Assembly: GCA_032718475.1 (NCBI GenBank)
Contig: JAUCBJ010002400.1
Location: 1-53,362 of the forward strand
Direction of reading: 5' to 3'
DNA length: 53,362 nucleotides
Source of the DNA: Nemertoderma westbladi
Taxonomy: Eukaryota; Animalia; Xenacoelomorpha
Position numbers and translations under genes: made by a program
The notes under the pieces: model-generated
Databases searched by the model: none
What the model was told of the DNA's origin: nothing
What the model saw: the letters and a program-made list of their open reading frames with translations, nothing else
In this document: positions 22,658 to 34,874 of the stretch, one piece after another
Position numbering within the stretch: position 1 is the stretch's first letter
Layout of the letters: each line of letters begins with the position of its first letter

Positions 22658-25105
22658 ACACGTTCGTGGGGCCTTCGCGCAGCACGAGGTCCAGTTATGA
22701 GATACAAATTAAAATTAAGCGACTGTATCACAAAATCAGGTTTTGAGAAATTTACCCACACCACCAATCAATCAAAGAAAGGGGGACAGTACGTGTTCAC
22801 CCCTTTTAATCCCCCCCCCCCCCCCCCCACCCTTCTCAACCACCAATACATAACCGTGACATCTACCACCCACGGAAGGGTAGAACGAACTTATTTCCAA
22901 TCGCACGTTAAATATGCAAAGCCAGGTGGTGTATATGAATATAATCAACGCCGTACTCGTCTTAATTATTATAAGCGTCGTTCAATCGTTGCGCTCGTCC
23001 AGAGTAAGTCCCCCCCTATCAGAAAGATTTACTCAACAAAAAATAGTGTAAATAAATAAACAACTACAAGGATAAGAGGTCATGTGTAGGAAAGCTAATC
23101 AGACGATACCTTTACTAATATATTGAGCTGCATTGATCTATACATAGTAATGTTGGGTGATGGGGGGGGGGGGGGGGGGTGAGGGGTAGGAGGTGTCTGG
23201 GTGGGTTGTTAGTATTAGGGTGCACAATATCGACGCACGCGCAGGAATGTGTTGATGTTTAATAGCACCGCATTCCCGCGTTAGAAAGCATCCCCAATTG
23301 GAATAAATAAATAAATTAAACGCGTTTCGTTATGTTCCTCGACTTATATTATTCTCTCCACGGACGAGTTATTAGCTGCTAGACAGGTAGACCTAGTCCC
23401 CCACAACAACGGTCATACCTTCAATCAATCAATCAATTGAGCTCATATGAGCTCGTATATTAGTTTTATTTATAAATTGAAATCTCACGAATTAATAGGC
23501 CTATTAGCTGATTAGTGAACTATCATATGTTAGACCATATATATATATTATATATTGGACCTTATCAAAATAGCGGTTGTACTGGGGCGGTATATGTTGT
23601 TCTCTAACCCACTGCAAGCGCATTTGAGGGGCCGGTATGTTTTAATAACTTCTGGTACAACGGGATGCAGTATTACAGCGCCAAGTAGATTTAATCTGAT
23701 CAGAATATTCCGGACGCTAAGTTCATGTCATTCCCGATAAGTCGGGACTTTACAAAACTCGTGGATAAAACCGCGTGTAGCAGAGAGCAGATAAATTGGG
23801 TTGAATTGCAAAACAGAATAATATGGAACTGTAAGTGGAACTGCGGCGATTTGGGTTTTTTTGTTATGGTGAATAGTCAGCCTGTCCGCGATATGTTCAG
23901 CTGCCCTTTTTAATGGGTTGCAGGTACAAATGAAATACACATTGCAGTTACTAAAATAAAAGTGGCGCATATTATTGTACATTTACAACAACAATTATAT
24001 AAATGCAATATGCCTGATCCCTATTAATGTACTTTGTACCGCCAATTCTGTAATTCAATAACGCAAAGCCGCGTTTACTGTACAGCAGCACGTAATATAT
24101 TTGATACTTATTATACTAACTAAACTAACAAACCGCAAGGCCTACTTACCGAAATAAATTAACTTTCAGTTAAATACAATATACTTGTTTGCTCTGTAAA
24201 AATTTTAATTAAAAACAATCCTGCCATTTAATATACCTAATTAGCATGGTTGCGTAAGCAGTATGAATTGGAATGAAATTGTGAAATAATTTATTTAAAC
24301 TATTATGTACATTTAGATTAAATAATAATACAGTAAGTTGGCCTACAGAAATAAACATTGATATTCGGAACAGTAAAACAATTATTTATTTCATTCATTC
24401 AACTAACCAGAGAGACTCATAGCTCCAGTGAATATTAACATCCCGACGTTACTTTAGTAATAATATTAATGTCATTGAACCCGATACACACACACCTCCA
24501 ATCAGCCAGTTCAATGGAGAGTGAGTGAATGGATGGCTACTAGCAGCAGCAGCAGTCTGCCTCTTACAAGCAAGGCTGACTGAATACCTCAAGTGTTGCT
24601 GGGAATCAAGCCAACTTGGATGTTAACCAATAAATGAGCAGTATTTAATGAGAATACATTTTTTATGCCGGTTTAATTACTTTAGATCAATTAAAGACAC
24701 GATTATTAAAGCAAATCACTTGAACTAATTAAAAACTATAATAGAATGGAGTATGCGGATTACATCTGTATATTTTTTAAGTATAATTATTGAAGTCTTA
24801 TACTGTAAAACAATTAATTTCCTTTAAAAGGCAGGTTGAAAATGGTGTTTTTACCGTAATCAACTTAATTAACTAATTAACTGCTATTATCTTAGCTTCT
24901 CGAAGGCCACACGGAAATTCTACTTGGAAAATTTCTAAACTTTTGCCATACAACATGTGTACCAAGTTTGGATAGATTTCATCAAAGATTGGCCGAGTTA
25001 TTAACGTTTAAAATTGAACACGACAGAACGACAGAACGACAGAACGACAGGTTGATTAATGGTACCACTACGCTAAGGCTCACTCACTTCGTGGCTCGCC
25101 CCACA
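22658..25105 (+). mobile_element. DINE-1/Helentron-like non-autonomous element B
   Basis: It has the same 5' block (22658-~22976) and 3' block (~24900-25105, with gacagaac repeats) as element A, but an unrelated interior. Confidence 0.6.
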
Positions 25106-25671
25106 GTATGTATGCTTTGTATGTGTAGGCGTAGGTTTACAGTAGGACGGATATCAAATCTACAAATGCTACTATCGTTGTAATTTGATTTCGTTCCTAC
25201 CATTCGCTGCAGTTTTTGCGGTTAAAATGGCATAATTGATGAAAACATTAATTAATGGTGTATAACATTCTGTATTTTATAATATTTGATTAACTCGCCT
25301 GCTTCCTAAAAGATCAAACCGAAACGGCCTTGTCTCTAAGTTTGTTAATTGTTGTCCTAACAAACACACCTGGTGCCTCTGCCCACTAACAGTAGGCCTA
25401 CTGGTAGGCCTACACTACTGTAAAAACCGCCTACACGGTAAAAGTCCTCAACCGCCAATACGTCATCAATACTCCATTTGTATTACTTAACTAACTAATC
25501 AAACTACAGTACCAAAGTACGGTACGTGACAGGATAACATAATATGTAGGCCTACACTCCATCGATCATACATAAATAATTAGAGATTGACTCCTGTTCA
25601 GAGAAGACTCTCCCCTTACACTCACCGGTGTCGGGCTTTGTATGTGCTGCGATTATCTATCTTTATAGTTC

Positions 25672-26180
25672 AGTCAATCTAGCGAAAAAGAGGGGGGTAA
25701 CCCAAAAGTAATACGCAAAAGTCAACCCAACCAAATTTTTTAATTCTCTAAATTTATTTGTTATATTATAAACTAGTGTGGTTTTTAAACTAAAACAAAT
25801 AAATTAATTAAACCTAAAATCAATAGAGCAATCACAATTTTATTATGTATATTAAGTTATTATGGAATTGTATAATTCTTTTTTAAGTTTGGAGGCGACT
25901 TTAGTTACCGAGATTTAAGAATTTACGCGTGACAGGACAATGTAAATTTTATTCATTTCCCATTGAAATGAAACATTCTAGAACATTACAAATTTGCTAT
26001 ACAGTAACTTACTCATCCCTACTGTTCCTTTTGTTTGGCTTTTGTTCTGAAAATTTATGTCGAATTTCAATTAATAAAAATATGTTCCGTAGAATAATAT
26101 TTTATAGACTTTTTTGGTCATTAACAATTATTGGTTGGGATTGATTGCGAATTACTTTTGGGTTTTAAGCTAGATTGACT
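25672..26180. mobile_element. ~510-bp MITE
   Basis: agtcaatctagc...aacccaaaagtaat(a)cgcaa is mirrored by ttgcgaattacttttgggtt...gctagattgact. Confidence 0.7.
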
Positions 26181-26849
26181 CGCCTATTAGGACGATTTTA
26201 GTTTGGAAGGTTTTTGGGACGTTTTTTTAGTCAGAAAAACTGTCTCAAAACTGTGAGTGATCTATTAATATAAAATAAAACTGGTCTGAAACAAAAAGCG
26301 CGTTTTCACTACATTGCAAAAGTCATTTCTTCCAATTTTTGTTTTGGAATATTTTTATTTTATGTTGTTAGAGAACATTCACTTGTTTTTACTCACGCCA
26401 ATAATAGGGACAGACAGATTTTATGCCATATTTTCTGTAACGCCAGAAAAGATGCCACTAAAGGCGACGAGGAGTACAGTAAGCGGTAACTTCTAACTCG
26501 CGTCTTGGCTGATGATCTGTGATTTTTAATGTTGGAAACATTGAATGGTCCCAAAAGACTACTCAGTAGTCTCCAGAACATCCAACATCCAATTTAAGCC
26601 TATTATGAAATGCTACAAAGATTAAATATATCACTCTAAACTTTGGGGCCTATACTTCTAAAACAGCGCATAAAAGTATTTTAAGAAAAGGGCTTTAAAT
26701 ACAGAGCATTTAAATAAAAAATATAAATGGTAAAAAAAGAAAAAGAATACAGTTCCTCCGTTCCTTCGGAGTTCCCCCGAATGGAAATAATAATTGATCT
26801 CGATGTAGATCAATCCGAATACTGTACGAGGATAAATTATCGGATTTAA

Positions 26850-28400
26850 GGTCAACAGACAAACTATTTAAATATTTTTAAAGTCTTCGTCGAACAAATC
26901 CAATTCCACCGATGGTAGAACACAATGGGAAAACAGCATGTTTACCAGTTGATAAAGCAATTCTATTTAATGAATTCTTTCATTCAGTATTCGTTACACC
27001 CGAGTTGAAAACAATTGAAATATTACCACCGACTGATCCAAAATACAACCCACCATTATCGATGGTGACTGATGATTACGATGTTAGTGTACCAACAGTA
27101 AAGGTGATTCTAATGAAATTAGATACTTCAAAAGCGAGAGGACCCGATAAATTGCCACCTTCATTCTTAAAAGCTTCCGCTGACCATATAGCATCATCAT
27201 TATCAATCTTATTTACTTTAATAAAACAGTACAGTTATTATCCAATCAAATGGAAATGTGAGTGTGAATCCTCCGTACAAGAAGGGAAATAGGATACAAG
27301 TCCCAATGTACAGACCAGTATCCCTACTGCCAATACCTTTGAAGGTATAGGAGAGTTGCCTCTTTTGTCCATTATACAAACAAGTACGTGATCAACTACA
27401 CAATGCCCAACATGGTTTCCGTAAAAACCGATCAACAATCACACAGATGCTTTTATTTATGGACAAGGTATACAATGCATACGATAATGGTCAAAGTATT
27501 GAGATTTTTTATCTGGACTTCCAAAAGGCGTTCCACCCATTGAGTCATAAATCAGTATTGAATAAACTGTGGCGTCTTGGAGTCAGAGGATCGTTATGGT
27601 TCACAATTCGCAGTTATTTATCAGACAGGAGTCAGTTTGTCCGAATTGACGAAGCTCAATCACCGGTAGTTGATGCCGAAAGTGGTGCACCACAAGGATC
27701 AATCTTAGCTTCCCTTTTGTATGTAGTCGACGCCAACGATCTCCCAGATATATGTGTTGAGAGTGATCCTAATCAGTTTGCTGACGATACGAAATTATTA
27801 GCTATCAGTAACCATGGTGAAAATCGCAACTTACAAATACATATTGACAATCTTGTAGAATGGGCAGTTAATAGTGGACTTCGATTCACTGCTGACAAAT
27901 GCAAACAAATGGTAATAAATAATGATAACAGTGAATCACGATTTCTATAAGGTAACATAATGGAACGCACAAACAGTGAACGAGATCTAGGTATGACAAT
28001 TTCAGAGAAACTAACATGGGGTGAACATATAGATGATCGATGTAAGAAGGCAAATAATGTCTTCTTTTGATAAAGAAGAACTGTTCACGCCGCATAAAAT
28101 CAGATAACAGATTGAACTTATATAAGTCCATGGTATTACCAGTAATAATGTACGGATCACAATGTTGGTATGCTAGTAAGAGTGATCTCAAATCAGTCGA
28201 GTCAGTTCAGCGTCGTATATCGGATTGGATATTGGCATATCCAAACATGATCTTATATAGATAGATTGATTGATCCGACTAAACGTTTTACCAATATCTC
28301 GATACATTCAGCTTAATGATCTTATTTCACTTTCAAAAATTATTTATGATCATTATGATTTCTCTTGGCGCGACCATAATACCATTGAACCTAGATATCA
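26850..28400 (+). pseudogene. CR1/L2-group LINE reverse transcriptase, frameshifted and truncated
   Basis: KAILFNEFFHSVF, KARGPDKLP, YLDFQKAF, SGAPQGSILASLL, FADDTKL and LNLYKSMVLPVIMYGSQCW are spread over several frames. Confidence 0.93.
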
Positions 28401-30758
28401 CGTACAAACAGGGTACTGCATCGTAATAATAATTTCCCCTTGCCATTTAGTAACGCCTCACTATGAACAGTTATATTCATCATGACTATATTTACTATAA
28501 ATCGTTCATTGCTTATTTATTTTATTGATTTTAAATATTTGATTCAAATCATAAACTTTTAATCAAATCTCTAAACCAACTTTTAGTGGAGTGGCTTAGC
28601 GCCATAAAAGGAAATTTTATACAATGTATAGATTGTTCCATTTTAATGTATAATAACAATTAATATAACATTATTGTTTAATTTTAATGTAAATAGTGTA
28701 GATCGTTAGATAATTGTCAAACATTTTTATTTACAGACCTTATTTTTATTTTAGTGTAACCCCTTATCACAATATGTTCATTTTTTATTTTATTTGGGGG
28801 AAGCCCCTTCATTATGTGCATACCACTAAAGAAAAAAAAAACGGTAATATTTTAAAGAAAATAATATTTACTATATATGTGTTGCGGTATAGGCTATATC
28901 AGAAGTACATAATGGAATTGGAATTGGAATTTTTTATTAGACGTCAAATCAGCTAAAATTTACGCAATTAAAATATGAACATTGACGATAACATAATGTA
29001 AATTCATATTAATAATAATAATAATAAAACACCACCGCCAGCCAGTAGAGTTTAGTGGTTCAATGTCTCTATCAATACCAGGGTTAAAGGAGGGAAATTC
29101 AAAATGAGTTACTATGTATGTTGTTTCTAAAGTACAGTCATAGTCGAACAGTTCCGGTAGTACAGTAGTACCTGAGTAGGAAGGAGTACCGGTACAGAAG
29201 TAAGTAACTTTAGTTCTACTCAGTTAATAGGTTTACATGAAAATTTTAATTTGGTTGAGGCCTTAAATCCTTACTGCCTTATCAGCTTATCCAAAATAAT
29301 AAACCAAATACTAGTAATACTACCTGTGCTGCTGTCAGTCAGTCATGGTACCGACACATCAATTTCGGACTTTCGGATTTAGGACCTGCGAACTAGCAAC
29401 TTGACGGCATGCATAGGCAGGCCTATTCCATATTCCGTGTTTTATTGACTATTGTACCTTGTCCTGTTGTCAGCTTGTAACACTTTATAGGACACCTCTA
29501 ATTGCCAGTACTGTCATACTGTTGTAGGTAGACGGGTAGACCTGTAGCGTGTAGCCTGTCCTGCATTTCTGCTGTTGTTCCGGTAGGCATATCGCCTATG
29601 TCAGTATGTTATGTAGCCTACATAATTTTGTATTTCCAACCACTGATCCGAGTCCGTTCCGCGGTCCGGGATCAGTGAGCCCTAAACCGTGGATTAGTAG
29701 AACCTATTAATTCCCTACCAGTACCAGCCTACTGTATATTGTATATTAAACCGGGCTGGCAATACCGGTAGTATTGCCTTTTAATGCAGGTTCGAAGGGC
29801 CATCATACTGCCATAGCCCATATTGCATATGTCATGGTCAGATGGTGGGTGGCCTAGGCCTATTTCTTTATTTTTTTATTAGGCGATTTTTTAGGAGATT
29901 TTTTTTATTAATAGGTAAGTGGGTTGAGTAAATATCCTACTAAAATTGTAATGACCAAAATTTTGGGATTGTGCGATATCATTTCACGTTCACTTACGAG
30001 TTTGAACTTGTAAGTAAAGTGATTCAGTGAACGTGTGAAACACGAACCCATGGAGGCAACCCAAAGGCTTTTCTCTCTCGGCTGATATACTTGTAAGACA
30101 GGATGGGCGCCACACTATCTCCCAAGGTCTAATACGCTCACTATACAACCCTTTTCTTTACTCCCCCAGCAAGCCCAGTTTCCAGGTTTACAACCTGAAC
30201 CTCCATGAACTTGATGGGCCTTTAGGAAATCATCTCAATCTCGACCCTGACCTAAATAAGTAAAGTTATCAGTGATCTTGAATCGAGAAACACCCGAGGC
30301 GACCCGGAGGCTCCTCTCTCTTGGCTGTTCCCTATAAGGCTGTAAGGCAGGGAGGTCACCACACAAACTTTTGGACACACAAGAGTTTGAAACCCGGGCT
30401 GCTCCTTTTTCTGGGTCTAAAACACAAACACACGACCTGTTAGTTGGATGACTGAGGGAGGCTGGCTCTAACACCTTTACAACCTGGACTGGTACCCGGA
30501 CCCATACACATGCCTTAAAAAATGGCGGCATCTGAGTGGTCGTGTGGGGAACTGCATGTAGGATTTCATGATGTCATTATAAGGTTATGATGACTTATGC
30601 GGTATATATAATATTATATTATATAGATAGGTGGAGGTTTCAGAGATGGGTTTATATGAATATAGTAAGTATTGCAGATAACCAGAATACTGTTGTTTTG
30701 ATAATTCATTTATTATACCATAATATATATTCAATGTTCATGTTAAATTTGCCAGATA

Positions 30759-31013
30759 GGGGGGAAACTGGACGCAATTAAAAGTCATCCCTCTCCAGGG
30801 GGAAATGCGATGCAAATAACAGCTGATTTCTCTCAAAAATAAAACTAATCTGTTCTATTGTGCTTGTTCCCACTGCTTAGTTTATTGTTTTGGTTAAAAT
30901 TACGTGCCACTGTAACCTGCTCCTTTCCCTAAATTTAGAATTTAACATTGAGGCAGGATATTAATTCGCCAAGGCGGGATTTGCGTCCGTTCGTTCCCCC
31001 CCCCCCCCCCCCC
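30759..31013. mobile_element. MITE, same family as 14957-15207, inverted
   Basis: gggggaaactggacgcaa...ttgcgtccgttcgttcccccc, with an interior matching the reverse complement of the first copy. Confidence 0.7.
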
Positions 31014-31209
31014 ATGTCTCAAATTTGCTTTGCTTACATTAGATAGAACTGGTACACTAATGGTATTAGAGTGAGTACAGTGCAGTAAAGCGTTAATGCG
31101 CTTTTACTATACTGTATATTTACAAGTGTACTTATCTTATCTATAACTTATTTATATGTGTTAAATGTTCCTTCATAATAAACCGTGATGAGTGTGCCAA
31201 GCTGATCTT

Positions 31210-32823
31210 ATGGCCAATAAGGAAGAAATACCTGAAGTTCAAACCATACTCAATAATAAAAAGATGCTAACGAAATTCTTTAATCCTTGGAATTTTCTTC
31301 AGCATACAAATTATGCATGCAAGATGGAATTTAACATTGAACGCGATGGATTCTTAGAGGAATTAACATCAGGAAAACATATTTCTGTTGTTGCATGTTC
31401 CTTATTTTCTACGCTTGTTACTAATTGTCGTGAACATTCCAATCCTTCAAACTTTCTTAAGCATCTTATTGATGTGTTTGATGAGCTAGGTTATGGAAAC
31501 ATTGCTAAAAGTTTAAGCAATGGTAAAGAAGATGATAATGAAATTAATTGCATTAATGAGTTTTTTGATGGGGTAACTAATTTGTTTTCTAAATCATCTG
31601 ACTTCGATACTAGCCTATTGATTAGATCAATTCCTACGCTACTAAATGATAACGCCCGTGAAAGAGAACTTATTGATTGTATTTCCACGAGATACGGACA
31701 AACTGCGGCCATGGAGTACTTCATGTTGTTATTAAAGAGACGTCCAATAATTCCTATACAGATTGAATTGTTTCATTCATTGATGAATCATAGTGATACT
31801 GATAGACCTGACATTGCTGATAAATTAAAATCTTTGATAGTTGAATATGTGAGATTCTCCCCAACCCCTTATTGGGATGTGAGTAATCTTCATTGTTGGT
31901 TGGATTCAACGGGTTTCTCTGAAACTATCTATTTTCGAACATGTAGTTCTGGTACTGGCCAGGATTATTTGTCGTGTAATACCACGGTTGCCGATGTTCC
32001 AAAGGAAACATGCATTGGACAGATGTCAGTTGATAAAGACAATCAAATAGAAGGGGATTTGGTTTATGGTAGATCTGTTAGCAATCCGAATGCAGCTGAT
32101 AGAAGGTCAGAGTTCACAAAACACTACAAAAATAGTTCTCGAAAAACCTGTTCGGCTTCATCTATTGACGAACTCGAATTAGATAGAAATTTTTCAGTGA
32201 GTATCGATGAAGAGCGGATATCCGAGATTGTCACTTCCAGTATCCAGAAGTTTCTGTCCAATATAAAGGTCCACGAGGAAATAGCTAACATAGTAGATAA
32301 GAGTTTTGGAAATACCTTGCAGCGACTGGTGTCAACAGATTCATCGTCTTCTGGGCATCCTGCATTCCAACGCAGCGCTTCCACATCCAGCGACTACTAT
32401 TCAATCTCTCGGTCTTCCAGCATTAGTTCAGAATTTAGTTACCCAGTTGACAATGTCCTGTTTCCACGGATATCGATAAATAATTACAAGCCACATGTCG
32501 AGGTGCAAATATATGATACAAGGAAAAAGTTAAATGATACTAAAATATCTGGTGAATCAACTGTTGATGTAGACATTCCAAATGAAGGGGATGCAGAGGT
32601 GTTGAGTGAGGTTTGTAATGGACGGAATATCGAGTGGTTTGTTAGGGAGTTTGTGAGGGGAGGTGATAAATGGGTTCGGGTGACAGTGATAGACAAACAA
32701 TCTGAGGTTAAGGCGAATAGTGAGTCACCAAACAACGAACTGGATGCCAAACAGAAAGCCTTGATAAAGTTATCAACAAGGTTGAAAAGGAAAGGTATAA
32801 TTTGGAATGTTAATGTTTTATAA
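31210..32823 (+). CDS. Intronless 537-aa protein with probable N-terminal tandem CARD (RIG-I/MDA5-like 2CARD), Ser-rich linker and unknown C-terminal domain
   Basis: A 1.6-kb open frame in AT-rich DNA, with the first ATG at 31210. FLKHLIDVFDELGYGNIAKSL and ERELIDCISTRYGQTAAMEYFMLLLKRR...RPDIADKL resemble RLR CARD helices by eye. Confidence 0.7.
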   Translation: MANKEEIPEVQTILNNKKMLTKFFNPWNFLQHTNYACKMEFNIERDGFLEELTSGKHISVVACSLFSTLVTNCREHSNPSNFLKHLIDVFDELGYGNIAKSLSNGKEDDNEINCINEFFDGVTNLFSKSSDFDTSLLIRSIPTLLNDNARERELIDCISTRYGQTAAMEYFMLLLKRRPIIPIQIELFHSLMNHSDTDRPDIADKLKSLIVEYVRFSPTPYWDVSNLHCWLDSTGFSETIYFRTCSSGTGQDYLSCNTTVADVPKETCIGQMSVDKDNQIEGDLVYGRSVSNPNAADRRSEFTKHYKNSSRKTCSASSIDELELDRNFSVSIDEERISEIVTSSIQKFLSNIKVHEEIANIVDKSFGNTLQRLVSTDSSSSGHPAFQRSASTSSDYYSISRSSSISSEFSYPVDNVLFPRISINNYKPHVEVQIYDTRKKLNDTKISGESTVDVDIPNEGDAEVLSEVCNGRNIEWFVREFVRGGDKWVRVTVIDKQSEVKANSESPNNELDAKQKALIKLSTRLKRKGIIWNVNVL

Positions 32824-33589
32824 CCCGCTGATCAGGTTGACAATGGGCCATTGGGGATTTTTATTAGCATAACACCAAATTCTAATTCCACCGGTAAAGT
32901 GTGCTAGTCACTGCAATTACTGCGGATTATTAGACTGGCATGTCTATTGTCTATGACCTTATTGACCTTGTACTATGGCAATCTTCTAATTTGGACACAT
33001 GGAGGGCAACCACTAACTCCCTTCTGCAACTGCTAAACAGCTCAAAACTGGATTTGATAACATAGCCTAACTTATATCTGGCCAAATGATTTTGGTCTGG
33101 ATTTTGTCTTGGTTTCTGAGTTTTCTGGTGATATTTTGTATTCTTTTTATTCCAAAATAGCAGTAATTACTAACTATATAATATATTTTTCATATTTACT
33201 TTAGCTTAATATCTAATAGCTTTTAAAGTTTATGTAATGTAAAGGCCTTAATAACGATTGTAAATACTGTAATATATTGTATGTACATTGTACAGGAAGT
33301 TAAACGTACTTACACGACTATTCAACCTAGCTATTTAATAATTACACGTGCTGCTTATTTTCACATATATTTTCTTTTAATTTGTTTAGAAAATGATCAA
33401 CCCAGCCCATTACAGCCAATGCAATTTCCTTAAAAGCAGACCGAATAACTACTGAATGTATTGTAGTGAAAAATATTCTTAACTCCGAGTTGAGAGTGAA
33501 TGATATTCGTTTCCGGAAAAAATATAGCCAATTCTGTGGGTTTTATATTTTAAGGAATATAGTAAGCAAAAAGTATGAGGGCTGGGCAC

Positions 33590-33700
33590 TTATGCTATCC
33601 CAAATTTTGCTCCCAGTTATTCAACTGGTGGTAATTTTATCGACCCCAGTGGATGAAAGACTGAGTGGATCCTGGAAGGGCACGAAGCCAACCCCAGCTC
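33590..33700 (-). mobile_element. SINE conserved central-domain fragment
   Basis: The minus strand ccactcagtctttcatccactggggtcgataaaattaccaccag resembles the conserved core of widespread metazoan tRNA-SINEs. Confidence 0.45.
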
Positions 33701-34205
33701 TAATATAATTGAATATTACTTAGTGGAAAAAAGTGAAATAAGAAAATTTTATATTAAAAAAAAGTAGGCCATGATAATGACAATGGACGGGGGCAGCTTT
33801 GCCACATAGCGGCAAACGCACGGGCTATCTGGTCTCCAGTACTTTGAGATGGCGCGGAGACGATGGTGGGAGCCATTTGATAAATATTGTCATATATAAT
33901 TGATATTTAATTCATATATAATATTCAGAATAAATTCCCAAGTTACAAAGGCGACATTCTAACCATAACAATAAACTAAAGTTTAGGTCAAAGTTTACAC
34001 AAACTGCCTTAAAGATATGGCTTGATAAAACAATGGAAGATTTCAATAGGAAACATGCATAGGCTATATTAGTAAGTCTGGTTTTATGTCAAACCTAAAC
34101 GTGGTATAGGCCTACATGTAATATTATTGTAAGTTACATAAAGGCGACCGAATTTAAATTTATGAGCTTTCAGAAGGAAACCTACACAACAAAAGTAACT
34201 GGATA

Positions 34206-34874
34206 TCAGTTGAAAGGGATTGTTACTGCCAACAGAATAGATACAAGAACTCCATTGAGATGATTTGCCAAACCAGATGATGTTACCAATGTTTCAGCCG
34301 TTGTTGTTGGAGGCTCTGTCTCTGTTGTAGTCGGTTCTGTTGTAACTGGATCAAACATGGGATCATTCCAATCAATCTCTCCGTTGGCATCCAGATAGTC
34401 GTGTTCCCACACCCTGTCCCCTACGTTGTTGCAGGCTTCTGTTCCATTACAACATATCAACTGGCAACTTCCACGTGTCAGTTCGGCGTTGTAAAACGTG
34501 CTATCTCTATGGAAGACATCGTTGAACTCCTGAGATTTACTGCATTCATCTTCATTGACGTAATTCTTGCAATATATGTTTTCACTCAAGCATAACAAGT
34601 GCCTGTTGTACATCAAACCTTTGATAACATCGTTGTTTATAGAGAGAATTCCCGCCGCTTGTGTGAAAAACAGACCGCACGAGGAACAATCAGTTGAATT
34701 GTTACCTGGGTTTTCCAAAAGCCAACCGGTGGTATCTGGGTACAGGTCGGGACGGGATGTCTTATAAGCGACCATGCTATGTCTCTCCAAACATGTAATA
34801 GCTGACACATACATAACTTTCTGTGTAACTATAAAAGCGGCAACTAATAGCATTTTCATAAAGTCAATATCCAT
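34206..34874 (-). CDS. Secreted/GPI-anchored Ly6/uPAR (three-finger)-like protein, intronless
   Basis: Hydrophobic signal peptide, a Cys-rich domain from AITCLE to CQLICCNGTEACN (CCx4-5CN motif), a Thr/Pro/Glu stalk, then SSG and a hydrophobic C-terminal tail. Confidence 0.85.
   Translation of the reverse strand: MDIDFMKMLLVAAFIVTQKVMYVSAITCLERHSMVAYKTSRPDLYPDTTGWLLENPGNNSTDCSSCGLFFTQAAGILSINNDVIKGLMYNRHLLCLSENIYCKNYVNEDECSKSQEFNDVFHRDSTFYNAELTRGSCQLICCNGTEACNNVGDRVWEHDYLDANGEIDWNDPMFDPVTTEPTTTETEPPTTTAETLVTSSGLANHLNGVLVSILLAVTIPFN

Noticed and set aside
29947-30550. Possible solo LTR or LTR-PBS remnant
   Set aside because: It starts with TGTAA and has LTR-like composition, but no second copy, TSD or convincing PBS was found.
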